Part shown: positions 9,099 to 17,598 of the stretch, one piece after another | Position numbering within the stretch: the stretch's first letter is position 1 | Layout: every line of letters begins with the position of its first letter | From: a virus | Length of the DNA: 26,756 bases | Reading direction: 5' to 3' (one strand) | IMG/VR virus record: IMGVR_UViG_3300027628_000009 | Location: 65,742 to 92,497 of that record | The notes under the pieces: model-generated | Database searches by the model: none | Told to the model about the DNA's origin: nothing | The model's input: only the letters and a program-made list of their open reading frames with translations | Position numbers and translations under genes: made by a program

Positions 9099-9375
9099 TA
9101 GATTTCTCCTTTGTAATCCAAAATGTTGTTTGAGTATTATTCCAACCGTCTATTTTAACTCCTTCACTTTTAAGTAAAGTAGCAATATCATTGATTAAAT
9201 CTTTTGTTACATTTAAAGGATGATATTCATAATCAAGATATTTACTTGGTATCAATTGAATTTGGAATTTTTGATAGCTACTTTCAGTGTTTGCTTCATC
9301 AACAACAACTCTCAACAGAGGTGTTTCTTCTTTAATCATCCAATTTAATTTTTGTAATAAACTTACTGTAATCAT
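9085..9375 (-). CDS. Hypothetical protein
   Basis: 96-aa ORF, AGGAG RBS. Confidence 0.7.
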   Translation of the reverse strand: MITVSLLQKLNWMIKEETPLLRVVVDEANTESSYQKFQIQLIPSKYLDYEYHPLNVTKDLINDIATLLKSEGVKIDGWNNTQTTFWITKEKSNGKS

Positions 9376-9387
9376 AATTTTCTCCTT

Positions 9388-9765
9388 TCAGAACAAATGA
9401 ATGTCTGCTCCTAAATTTTGTAGTGTGTCGATAAAAAATTGCTTTCTGAAAAAGTTCTTGCTCAACATTGCTTCACGTTGCATGTAACCAACAAATTGTC
9501 CATGAGTGAAATATGATGTTTTAAACATTCTTGTTGTAAGTTCTTCATCAGAACAACAGTGACAATTATCTGCCCAAATCAACACAAATCCTTTTTGATA
9601 ACCAGTAAGTCCGATTCTTTCAAACCAGTCTACAGTTCTAACTACCATCAAAACTGATTCAACTTCGCCATCATCTTCTCTAGCAAAATTCACAATTTCA
9701 TCAGGTAGGAAAAAATCCTTTTCTAAATCTAAATCCTTAACAGTTGTTAATCCTTCTCTTTTCAT
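9388..9765 (-). CDS. Hypothetical protein (CHCC cluster)
   Basis: 125-aa ORF, GGAGG RBS, first gene after promoter copy 4. Confidence 0.72.
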   Translation of the reverse strand: MKREGLTTVKDLDLEKDFFLPDEIVNFAREDDGEVESVLMVVRTVDWFERIGLTGYQKGFVLIWADNCHCCSDEELTTRMFKTSYFTHGQFVGYMQREAMLSKNFFRKQFFIDTLQNLGADIHLF

Positions 9766-9806
9766 TTTCTTTCCTCCCTATAACTCTTTCTCTTACTTAC
9801 AAATGA

Positions 9807-9837
9807 GTTATAGGGAAATGAAATCAAATGTGGGTCA
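9807..9837 (-). promoter_or_regulatory. Phage promoter motif copy 4
   Basis: gttatag 9807-9813 and tgtgggtca 9829-9837; heads the unit ending in nupC. Confidence 0.8.
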
Positions 9838-10134
9838 TTATTTCTTAAATTTATTTTTTCTTTTTTTAAATGATGGGCGCTTCTTATTTCCCACTATCAA
9901 AATAAAAGGGAACAACACTATCCAAAACGTGATATATCCGGCAATAGAACCACCAACAAATCTAATGAAGTTCAAGAAGAAATCAAGTCCTTCAAAGTTA
10001 CCAGTCTTAAAAGCAACTTCAACAATGCTAATCATTCTGACTATTCCCATCACCATACACTGAATTAAACCAACATAAACACCAGCTACAAGAGCAGTGA
10101 TATAACCTAAAACTGCTATTACTTTTTTATTCAT
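9838..10134 (-). CDS. Hypothetical membrane protein (2 TM, basic tail)
   Basis: two hydrophobic segments, K/R-rich C-terminus; TAATG coupling. Confidence 0.7.
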   Translation of the reverse strand: MNKKVIAVLGYITALVAGVYVGLIQCMVMGIVRMISIVEVAFKTGNFEGLDFFLNFIRFVGGSIAGYITFWIVLFPFILIVGNKKRPSFKKRKNKFKK

Positions 10135-10514
10135 TAATATTCTCCATTCATCTTTTGTACATGAAAGACTGCTTGATATTGTCCTGCTGGTAACTTTAGT
10201 TGTGGATATAAAGCTTTTGCACTCAACCTAGTATATTTAACAGGATATTTCTTTAATAATTTTTTAGGGAACCAGCGCTCTTTAAATGCTTCTTTCCAAT
10301 TAGCAGGATATTTGATATCTTCTAATTTCTGACCGAAAATTTCTGTTTGAAAACGATATGCTACATTTCTCGATAAACTCCTTACATATTCTTCCACTTC
10401 TATTTCTGAAGCAATATCTAAATCGAATCTATTTAATTCTTGATAAACTCCAAATTTCATTCTTTCCAACATAATTTTCTCAACATTAAATGGTTCATTT
10501 TCCCATAGTCTCAT
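10134..10514 (-). CDS. Hypothetical phage protein
   Basis: 126 aa, GGGGAG RBS, YPANWKEAFKERWFP..L..YPVKY motif. Confidence 0.72.
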   Translation of the reverse strand: MRLWENEPFNVEKIMLERMKFGVYQELNRFDLDIASEIEVEEYVRSLSRNVAYRFQTEIFGQKLEDIKYPANWKEAFKERWFPKKLLKKYPVKYTRLSAKALYPQLKLPAGQYQAVFHVQKMNGEY

Positions 10515-10538
10515 AATAATTCTCCCCTGTTTTTATTG

Positions 10539-10616
10539 TTATCTCCAAAAAATAATATCTACTATTACATCTACAACCAATTCTAAGAAGTTCCTAAATC
10601 TAGACTTTCTTCTCAT
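10539..10616 (-). CDS. Putative 25-aa microprotein MRRKSRFRNFLELVVDVIVDIIFWR
   Basis: Below track cutoff; ATG overlaps upstream TGA (ATGA) and ORF fills the intergenic gap. Confidence 0.5.
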   Translation of the reverse strand: MRRKSRFRNFLELVVDVIVDIIFWR

Positions 10617-10981
10617 TGAACAATTTCTATTGGATAACCAAGTTTTGCTTCAATTTGTGCAATTGTCATTTGTGTAACTTCTATTTCTTGAATATAGAAT
10701 CCACCTGAAGCACTCACTCGTTCATAAGCACTTTCATTTACATCTTTGTGAGATAAAATTTTCGTTAAACCTTGTAACTGTTCAAATGGTGTGCTAAATT
10801 TTCCCATAACTCCATATACACCAGTGTCTCTTTTAGCGACAAAATTACTAACTATTACTCCGTTTTCCGTGACATAAGCAACTACATCACCGACTTTTAA
10901 ATAACCAAAACCAGTGTCTTCACCTATTACCCCATAGTAAGAACCACTTCTATGTCTCAAATGTTTAATAGTCTTTTTCAT
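10613..10981 (-). CDS. Hypothetical protein
   Basis: 122 aa, GGAGG RBS, C-terminal MTIAQIEAKLGYPIEIV. Confidence 0.72.
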   Translation of the reverse strand: MKKTIKHLRHRSGSYYGVIGEDTGFGYLKVGDVVAYVTENGVIVSNFVAKRDTGVYGVMGKFSTPFEQLQGLTKILSHKDVNESAYERVSASGGFYIQEIEVTQMTIAQIEAKLGYPIEIVQ

Positions 10982-11397
10982 TAGAAAGTTCCTCCATCTT
11001 CAAAAAATCCAGACTTACAAACTAGTTCAATTCTTTCAATTGGCATACAATTTCCGTTTGTAAATCTAACTGACTGAAATTCTTCACCTTCACACTGACG
11101 AACTACTCTAAAATAGTCTTTTCCATCTAAATTTGCAGTGAATTTCACCAAATCACCTTTTTTAAATGGAGTGTCGATTTCCCAACCATTTGTAATTGCG
11201 TATTCAATTCCTTTGACAGTGATATTGTTTTCACTCAACCATTTCTGAAGGTTTTTTTCTTCTTTATTACTAATCTCTACTGCTTTATCTAAAAATCTGT
11301 GAACTCCATATGCATAATTATTTCCTGCGGAAAATGGTTTAACTTGCTCTAACATTTTCGCAATTTTCAGACTTACTTTCATTTTCATTTCCTCCAA
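10981..11397 (-). CDS. Hypothetical protein (possible SH3/KOW-like C-terminus); true start likely ATG ~11382-11388
   Basis: FKKGDLVKF motif; GGAGG precedes internal ATGs. Confidence 0.68.
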   Translation of the reverse strand: MEEMKMKVSLKIAKMLEQVKPFSAGNNYAYGVHRFLDKAVEISNKEEKNLQKWLSENNITVKGIEYAITNGWEIDTPFKKGDLVKFTANLDGKDYFRVVRQCEGEEFQSVRFTNGNCMPIERIELVCKSGFFEDGGTF

Positions 11398-11404
11398 TTG
11401 GTTT

Positions 11405-11548
11405 TTAGTTAATCCCTTTGATTTTGATACCTAGAATTTCACACATTTCAGATACACCATTTTGAATTCCTTCACCGAATTCGCCTGTATATGGGTCTAT
11501 ATCAAATAATTCAATGATTTGTTTTCTTTGTTCTTCAGTAATGTTCAT
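11405..11548 (-). CDS. Small hypothetical protein (47 aa)
   Basis: Hand-read MNITEEQRKQIIELFD...ILGIKIKGIN*, AAGGAG RBS. Confidence 0.65.
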   Translation of the reverse strand: MNITEEQRKQIIELFDIDPYTGEFGEGIQNGVSEMCEILGIKIKGIN

Positions 11549-11569
11549 TGTTGTCTCTCCTTTAAATGC

Positions 11570-11731
11570 TTATTTGTCTTCTGAAAATATTTCATTATCA
11601 TCACAGTAAATAACAATGTCGCTGTCAGTCTTTTTGAACCAAACGTTTGACCAACCTTTTCCATCACTGAAGATAATCATTTTATCTTTATCTTCTTCTG
11701 TTAATCTTTTAAGAAAATCGTTTACTGTCAT
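11570..11731 (-). CDS. Small hypothetical protein (53 aa)
   Basis: Hand-read MTVNDFLKRLTEEDKDKMIIFSDGKGWSNV...EDK*, GGAGTG RBS. Confidence 0.65.
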   Translation of the reverse strand: MTVNDFLKRLTEEDKDKMIIFSDGKGWSNVWFKKTDSDIVIYCDDNEIFSEDK

Positions 11732-11767
11732 GTGTTATCACTCCACTAAAATTTATGTTTTATTTGA

Positions 11768-11956
11768 TTAATCCTTTAAGTTGTAAGGTAAAATTAAAGC
11801 TGAAAACTGTTTGTTAGTGTGATGATATTGGACTTCAACTTCCATATGTCTTTCTTGATAGTGTTCTATCCACTTTGCAACTTCTTTTAAAAATATAGGT
11901 TCTTTGTGTTTTGTAGGTACGGCCACATGTGCAACACCTTGATAGACTTTCTTCAT
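11768..11956 (-). CDS. Hypothetical protein (62 aa)
   Basis: AAGGAG RBS; EVEVQYH..QFSALI. Confidence 0.65.
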   Translation of the reverse strand: MKKVYQGVAHVAVPTKHKEPIFLKEVAKWIEHYQERHMEVEVQYHHTNKQFSALILPYNLKD

Positions 11957-11989
11957 TCTTAACTCTCCTTTATAGAAGGGTGAAATTAA

Positions 11990-12166
11990 TCACCCTTTAA
12001 TTTCTTTAATTGATTCAATTTCTATTGTTGGAATTGCTAAATCTTCAAAAACAATTAGAAATGCATCCGGCTTAATTGTCTCTACCATTTCTCGAAAGCT
12101 ATTGTAACCAGTGACACCATATATAGGGTGTTTTCTTCCACTTTTTAATGTGATTAGAATTTTCAT
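11990..12166 (-). CDS. Small hypothetical protein (58 aa)
   Basis: Hand-read MKILITLKSGRKHPIYG...IESIKEIKG*, AAGGAG RBS. Confidence 0.65.
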   Translation of the reverse strand: MKILITLKSGRKHPIYGVTGYNSFREMVETIKPDAFLIVFEDLAIPTIEIESIKEIKG

Positions 12167-12192
12167 TGTTTTCTCCTTTTCTGATATTGTTG

Positions 12193-12531
12193 TTAGTTGT
12201 TGATACCTTCTATTTTGTGTCCTAGTTTATTTAAGACCTTAACTACTATTTCTTGTGAAGCAGGATATTGTAACTCTTTATAAAACTCTAAGACTTCTTC
12301 TTCAGGTGATAGTGCCACTTCATAACCAACAAACATTGCTTGTGCCATTTGTTCCATTGTCAATTTGTTTAAAGCTTCCCACCTATCACCAACCCACCTG
12401 TCACCTTCTTCAACAGCGCCGTAATGAATCCTTAAAATGTTATTTTTGCTATACTGTTCACTAGTCCTTGCAAATAAATCACTTAACCCTATAAATACAT
12501 CTTCACTAACTTTCAATTTTTCCATTGTCAT
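12193..12531 (-). CDS. Hypothetical protein (DUF1642-like 'A..vGYEV' motif)
   Basis: GAGGTG RBS; LTMEQMAQAMFVGYEV; C-terminal LGHKIEGINN. Confidence 0.68.
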   Translation of the reverse strand: MTMEKLKVSEDVFIGLSDLFARTSEQYSKNNILRIHYGAVEEGDRWVGDRWEALNKLTMEQMAQAMFVGYEVALSPEEEVLEFYKELQYPASQEIVVKVLNKLGHKIEGINN

Positions 12532-12556
12532 TCACACCTCAACACAATTAGTTTTT

Positions 12557-12847
12557 TTAGTTTTTCTTTTTGAAATAGAAGTGGTCTTTGATATCCCTGA
12601 ATCCATTCTTTTTGTGAGCATGGTGTTCTTCATATTCAGTTGGCTTATCATCATCAATTTCTTGATTCATAAACCTTTCAAATTTTTCAGAGCAGATAGC
12701 ACACAAGTCAAGTTCATCATTAAAAATGTAACCTTCTACAATTTTTTTCTTTTTCATTTTTTGCAATTTGACAAATTTATACCATTTTGTATCAATGACT
12801 GCTTCACATCTGTCACATTGTAGGTACTCTCTTGGTTTTACTTTCAT
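12557..12847 (-). CDS. Hypothetical Zn-finger protein
   Basis: CDRC...DLCAIC..KFERFM. Confidence 0.68.
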   Translation of the reverse strand: MKVKPREYLQCDRCEAVIDTKWYKFVKLQKMKKKKIVEGYIFNDELDLCAICSEKFERFMNQEIDDDKPTEYEEHHAHKKNGFRDIKDHFYFKKKN

Positions 12848-13008
12848 TTGTTCTTGCCTATTTTAGCGATTGCATAGTCTAAGAATCTTGCAGTTAAGAA
12901 TAGAGATATGAATAAAGTTTGATTAAATTGAGAACTGATACCATTTGTAGTGATATTGATAAGCACTGATATAGTCATAACGATTAAAGCTAAATCCAAC
13001 ATTTTCAT
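12844..13008 (-). CDS. Small membrane protein (54 aa)
   Basis: Hand-read MKMLDLALIVMTISVLINI...LFISLFLTARFLDYAIAKIGKNK*, AAGGAG RBS, ATGA overlap. Confidence 0.6.
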   Translation of the reverse strand: MKMLDLALIVMTISVLINITTNGISSQFNQTLFISLFLTARFLDYAIAKIGKNK

Positions 13009-13039
13009 AATTTAATAATCTCCTTTATTAGAAGGGTGA

Positions 13040-13318
13040 CTACTCACCCTTTGAATCATTTTTGATTACAATTTGTAAAACTGGTTCTTCTTTATCTTTT
13101 TTGGCTTTTGAAACAAGTTCACCAAGCAGAATAAATTGATAAACAATTACTAAGAAAATAACACCAGCTATTTCATATTTTGTAGGTTGAATTGTCCCCT
13201 TTAGTGTTAAAAGCATTAAGTAAATCCACATCCATAATGAAACTGTAAAACCAATTACCTTGATATGTTTTCCAATGAATTTGAAGAATCTTTTAATTCC
13301 ATTTTTTAGCTTTTTCAT
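13040..13318 (-). CDS. Hypothetical membrane protein (2 TM)
   Basis: two hydrophobic helices, basic N-terminus. Confidence 0.68.
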   Translation of the reverse strand: MKKLKNGIKRFFKFIGKHIKVIGFTVSLWMWIYLMLLTLKGTIQPTKYEIAGVIFLVIVYQFILLGELVSKAKKDKEEPVLQIVIKNDSKGE

Positions 13319-13620
13319 AAAACTCTCTCCCTATAGTCAAAATCAATGCTTTTAATTTTTGTCCAATCATTTAAAACTATTGGAAGCAATCTGTCTCTAA
13401 CCGTTCTATAAGATATATCACCAATGATTAATAATTTATCTGCTCTATATCCTTCTAGACTTCTGAAAAGACCAACTGCTTTATACTCTTTATCTTTAAG
13501 CACAAGTTTATTGTTAGTTCTAGAAACAATCTCATTAGGGTTAATGTGGTCTGCGATTTCTCTCAACTTCGATTCAGTAAGTCTTTGAGTTCCACCAGCA
13601 AGCAATATAAGTTCTCTCAT
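13315..13620 (-). CDS. Hypothetical protein
   Basis: 101 aa, AAGGAG RBS, LEGYRADKLLI. Confidence 0.7.
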   Translation of the reverse strand: MRELILLAGGTQRLTESKLREIADHINPNEIVSRTNNKLVLKDKEYKAVGLFRSLEGYRADKLLIIGDISYRTVRDRLLPIVLNDWTKIKSIDFDYRERVL

Positions 13621-13631
13621 AGTGTTCTCCT

Positions 13632-13973
13632 TTAATTAAATGTGCCGGCTTTATACCGAACTACAATTCCTAATTCATTCATGATTTGTCTTAATTCGTC
13701 TCTATCAACAAAGAATTCATCATCAACTCTTCTTAGGAGTAAGTCATAAGCACTTTCCATATTTGGAGTTTCAACTTCAGGTTCACTGATTAATGTGTAA
13801 CGATTTAATCCGTGTCCTAAACTTTCTTTTTTGATTTTGTAACCACGCTTGTATAATTGACCAAGATAACCACCATAACGCAAAGCGATTTTAGATAGTT
13901 CTGCATTTGTTATTCCGGCCTTACCACGATTTCTTAGAGCAACTAGAATCTTACTTCTTGTTTTCTCTTTCAT
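13632..13973 (-). CDS. Winged helix-turn-helix DNA-binding protein
   Basis: KILVALRN..AGITNAELSKIALRYGGYLGQLYKRGYKI...YTLI pattern. Confidence 0.7.
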   Translation of the reverse strand: MKEKTRSKILVALRNRGKAGITNAELSKIALRYGGYLGQLYKRGYKIKKESLGHGLNRYTLISEPEVETPNMESAYDLLLRRVDDEFFVDRDELRQIMNELGIVVRYKAGTFN

Positions 13974-14016
13974 TTATGTAACACTCCGTTTCTTTGTCTT
14001 TTTCAACTTACAAACA

Positions 14017-14047
14017 GTTATGTATAAATGAATTTGATTGTGGGTCA
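14017..14047 (-). promoter_or_regulatory. Phage promoter motif copy 5 (variant ACATAAC)
   Basis: gttatgt 14017-14023 and tgtgggtca 14039-14047; heads the long small-ORF unit. Confidence 0.78.
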
Positions 14048-14090
14048 TTTTTTATAAAAAAAATAAAAAACTTTTTAAAAAGTTGTTAAT

Positions 14091-14120
14091 AAAAAAACTA
14101 GGGATTAAAAAATCCCTAGT
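14091..14120 (-). terminator. Rho-independent terminator after deoxynucleoside kinase
   Basis: minus strand ACTAGGGATT-TTTT-AATCCCTAGT then T-run. Confidence 0.75.
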
Positions 14121-14746
14121 GTCTTCAATTCTGCTTCAATTTTTTCAAAGATAAATTGCCTGTCTGATTCATCATGAGTATTAAGATTATTAGTATCAAT
14201 AACCAATACTGGTGAAGCGTCATATTCATTTAATACATAATCGTCATAGCGACCATGAAGGAACTTGAAATACTCATAGTTTTCTTGGAGTGATTCCATT
14301 TCTTCTTTTCTTGCTCTACCTAACATTCTTCCAAATACAACTTCAAAGTCTGCTTGAAGATAAACCATAAGGTGCGGTTTCTTAGTTGGCATAGCAGTAT
14401 TTAAATCTTCCATCATGTTATCAAATAAATCTTCATATAATTCCATTTCAATACCAAGCATTCTTCCTAATTCATAGTTGATTCTTGCAAACAGTCGGTC
14501 TAGGAAAATGCTTCTGTCGAGCAAAGCAACATCATAGTTATATAGTTTTTTGATATCTCTAAATCTAGTATTTAAAAAGTGAACTTGTAATGGGAATGCC
14601 CAACGTTCAGGGTTTTGATAGAAGTCTCCTAGTAGTGGTGTATCTACTTTCTCTTCCTCATATGGTAGTTTATATTGTTCTGCAAAGTATTTTGTTAGAG
14701 TGGTTTTCCCTACTCCTATTGCTCCTTCAATGATTACTAATGGCAT
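14105..14746 (-). CDS. Deoxynucleoside kinase (dAK/dCK/dGK family); likely start ATG 14746 (track ORF extends to 14794)
   Basis: IIEGAIGVGKTT, FYQNPERWAFPLQVHFLNTRF, LDRSIF.D..FA, PHLMVYL, R..R.R..E. Confidence 0.9.
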   Translation of the reverse strand: MPLVIIEGAIGVGKTTLTKYFAEQYKLPYEEEKVDTPLLGDFYQNPERWAFPLQVHFLNTRFRDIKKLYNYDVALLDRSIFLDRLFARINYELGRMLGIEMELYEDLFDNMMEDLNTAMPTKKPHLMVYLQADFEVVFGRMLGRARKEEMESLQENYEYFKFLHGRYDDYVLNEYDASPVLVIDTNNLNTHDESDRQFIFEKIEAELKTLGIF

Positions 14747-14768
14747 TGTGTTGAATTCCTTTCTCATA

Positions 14769-14990
14769 TTAATCTTCCTTTGTGTAAAATCCATCCAAAA
14801 GTGTTGAGTGAATCACTACTGGAAATGGATGATGTTTTCCATCTTTTTGATTTAGATAATATCCTTTTAATTGAAAACCCTGAAGTGGTGAAACTGCCAC
14901 CACTTCAAAGTAACCTTGCCCTTCAAAATTCTCATTATAGAACTTCTTTCCAACTGCTTTCTCATTCAGAATCTCTTCTAATTTAAGCAC
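14769..14990 (-). CDS. Hypothetical protein (73 aa)
   Basis: GTG start overlapping end of AAA gene; fills gap. Confidence 0.55.
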   Translation of the reverse strand: MLKLEEILNEKAVGKKFYNENFEGQGYFEVVAVSPLQGFQLKGYYLNQKDGKHHPFPVVIHSTLLDGFYTKED

Positions 14991-16014
14991 CGATAGGAAC
15001 CGCCTTTACTAATTCTTTCAACTCATTTAGTGCTAGAACTAATTGTTCTACTTGTTGTGGAGTTGCATTAGTAATTTTTACACCTTCACCAAAATATTTT
15101 TCAGCAACTTCATCAAGTTCATGTTGTCTTCCAGCGTTATGAATTTCTATTCCAATTGTTTTAACTTCAAGCATTACTTCATCAAAGTTGTAAATTGTTT
15201 CTTGAACTGAATTAGATTCTCTTTCTTCTTTCATGAATTCAGAACCACGTTCAGCTTCAATTTTTGTGATTGATTCAATTAAAGCGCTTTCGTACGCTTG
15301 TGGGTTGTAAGGTAAAACAGGGTTCATATACTTACTAAAACGTGAACCAGCTTGGAATTGTAATGTTTCTCTAGTGTAAAGTGCTTGCACTTGTTGTCCA
15401 TTTTGGTCAACTGTTAGATAAGCAAACAAGATACTATCAACCATTTTTGTAATGAATTTCATTCCACGTTCATGTACAGAAGGGATGAATTTCTCAAACT
15501 CTTGCTCTTTATCTCCGATAGTAAGCTTTTCCATTTTCTTTTCGGCGTGAGAAATGAAGCAAAGAGTGAATCCCATATCTTCAATTTCTTTGAACAATGT
15601 GAACCATTCATATGACATTTCTTTATAACCTTTACCATATCCACCATTTGCTTTATTGATATCAGTTGGCGATACTCCATACTTATTACACACATATGTT
15701 TCAAGGAAATTCCAAAGGTTATCTACTGTATCAATTACAATGATTCTTTGTTGTAAAACTTCTTTATGCATTTGAAGTTTTGTCTTCAACATAATCATAT
15801 CTGACCAGCTTGCTACATCGACACCCATTAGTCCGGCCAATACTTTTGTACCTTTTTCAGTTCTAGCAAACAAAGCTTTTTGACCAAACAAATCATATAC
15901 AAATGTTGTCTTACCGAATTTTGGTGGAGCATAAAGCATGAATGTATATGAAGCAATATCCTTAGATACTTTTTGCGGTTGTAAATTTAGTAAATCAAAT
16001 TTATCTTCAAACAT
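14983..16014 (-). CDS. AAA_24/Sak4-like ATPase (SPbeta YorG-like; probable single-strand annealing/recombination protein)
   Basis: YAPPKFGKTTF, EKG, IVIDTVD, GYGKGY, FISH, AGSRF. Confidence 0.82.
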   Translation of the reverse strand: MFEDKFDLLNLQPQKVSKDIASYTFMLYAPPKFGKTTFVYDLFGQKALFARTEKGTKVLAGLMGVDVASWSDMIMLKTKLQMHKEVLQQRIIVIDTVDNLWNFLETYVCNKYGVSPTDINKANGGYGKGYKEMSYEWFTLFKEIEDMGFTLCFISHAEKKMEKLTIGDKEQEFEKFIPSVHERGMKFITKMVDSILFAYLTVDQNGQQVQALYTRETLQFQAGSRFSKYMNPVLPYNPQAYESALIESITKIEAERGSEFMKEERESNSVQETIYNFDEVMLEVKTIGIEIHNAGRQHELDEVAEKYFGEGVKITNATPQQVEQLVLALNELKELVKAVPIGA

Positions 16015-16049
16015 GTGGTGGGTTCCTCCTAGTAATCTTTCTTAATCTA

Positions 16050-16409
16050 TTAGCGAAATTTGTCGAATTCTTGATTGCAATACTTTTCAAAATCAAAGTG
16101 TTCAAGTTGTGAGAAATCATAAATTCTAACACTTGTAACACTCTTTCCTACTTTGACAAGTGCTTGTCCACTGCTTTTAACGTCTAGCACTACTCCGATA
16201 TCACCATTAGGTGTGAGAACAACGTCTTCAGGCTCAATGTCATGTTCACGTACAATACGGTTGCGTAATTCTAGTAATCCACTGATAGGTTGTGCAACTT
16301 CTTCTTTTACATCTGTATAGAAGTAATCTAGTGCTTTTTCAATCTCTTCAAAACTTTCACTTTGAAAAATTTTTGTTTCTTCTTGGTCTATGATAATAAT
16401 TTTTAACAT
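16050..16409 (-). CDS. Hypothetical protein with SH3/KOW-like C-terminal half
   Basis: GGAGG RBS; DVVLTPNGDIGVVLDV....ALVKV. Confidence 0.68.
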   Translation of the reverse strand: MLKIIIIDQEETKIFQSESFEEIEKALDYFYTDVKEEVAQPISGLLELRNRIVREHDIEPEDVVLTPNGDIGVVLDVKSSGQALVKVGKSVTSVRIYDFSQLEHFDFEKYCNQEFDKFR

Positions 16410-16473
16410 TTTAATTTCCTCCGTTTTTGTAAATATTAATTAGAGAAAGGGGAAGTTATCCCCTTATCTCCTA

Positions 16474-17526
16474 TTAGAATGGTAGTTCGTTTGTGCTTGG
16501 TAGTGTTTGAGATTCAAATGGGTTTGTTCCTGAAATACTTCCTGCATTTCCAAATGCCATTCCTTGATTTTGTGGTTGTGCTGGTGGTGCGCCAAATCCG
16601 CCTTGAATACCACCTTGAATTCCTGCTGGTGCTGATTGTTGTTTTTGTCCTGCTTGTGCTTGTTTCTTAGCATGTTTTTGTTTTACTTCTTCAAGTTGCA
16701 AGTTACGTTGTTGTTGTACAAATTGCATTTCTTGAGCATTGAATTGACGTTCAGGTGGTAGTCCACCGATTACTTCAAGATTGTTAATGAATTTTCCACC
16801 AGTTGTAACAGATTTAGCTTCACGGCCAAATGCCATTTGTTTAGGTGCTGATTCTTCTTGAGTAACTTCTAGATAGTTGTTAACATCAAATGATAGTTCA
16901 CCCATAGAGTTCATGCCTACTGGATAGAATCCATTGATTGCTTGTCCAAGTTCAGGTGAGATAATTAGATTGTGTAGTGGAACAATTTTACCGTTGTAAC
17001 CTACTGTAAATGCTTTTACTTTGTATTCTTTAACTTGGCCTGTCTTTGCGTCATTAATTGGTAAGTAGTTCTCAACAACCAATTTAATTTTTGCTTCAGC
17101 ACTTGGAATTTGGTCTTCTACTTTGTCGATTCTTGAGAAGAACACACCTTGCAATCTGTTTCCTTCAACCATATTATTTTCTTTATCTACATAATCATTA
17201 GCGTCAACTTTTGCAGTTACTCTTACAAAATCTCCAACCTTGTGTTCATTTAGGACAGTTTCTAAACCTTTGTAAACTTTGTTGTCTGCTTTTTTGTTGA
17301 ATACTTCAATTCTGTGATTATGCTTGCGACCTTTTTCCTTTTCATCAACTTCAACAGTGACCGAACCACGAATTGTCCATTCTTTTTCTGTTACACCTTT
17401 TTCTTTGTTAAAGAAATCCATTTGGACTAGTTCAAGTTCTTTCTTTTTGATAGTTCCTAGAATTACTACCGTATTTCCTAATTCTGGTAATGTTGTAACT
17501 TGTGTTGTCATTTTTGTTTCCTCCAA
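16474..17526 (-). CDS. Putative single-stranded DNA-binding protein (tandem OB-fold-like, Q/G/P-rich linker, ...ELPF tail)
   Basis: N.V.ILG.I start, KVGDFVRVTAKV..NDY, low-complexity linker and SSB-like C-terminus NELPF; next to Sak4-like ATPase. Confidence 0.7.
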   Translation of the reverse strand: MEETKMTTQVTTLPELGNTVVILGTIKKKELELVQMDFFNKEKGVTEKEWTIRGSVTVEVDEKEKGRKHNHRIEVFNKKADNKVYKGLETVLNEHKVGDFVRVTAKVDANDYVDKENNMVEGNRLQGVFFSRIDKVEDQIPSAEAKIKLVVENYLPINDAKTGQVKEYKVKAFTVGYNGKIVPLHNLIISPELGQAINGFYPVGMNSMGELSFDVNNYLEVTQEESAPKQMAFGREAKSVTTGGKFINNLEVIGGLPPERQFNAQEMQFVQQQRNLQLEEVKQKHAKKQAQAGQKQQSAPAGIQGGIQGGFGAPPAQPQNQGMAFGNAGSISGTNPFESQTLPSTNELPF

Positions 17527-17567
17527 TATATTTTATGTTTTTTGGTGTATCTCTCACTTACAAAAGA

Positions 17568-17598
17568 GTTATAGAGAAAAGGATTCAAGTGTGGGTCA
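17568..17598 (-). promoter_or_regulatory. Phage promoter motif copy 6 (TGA of the box is the stop codon of the 3D gene)
   Basis: gttatag 17568-17574 and tgtgggtca 17590-17598. Confidence 0.8.
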
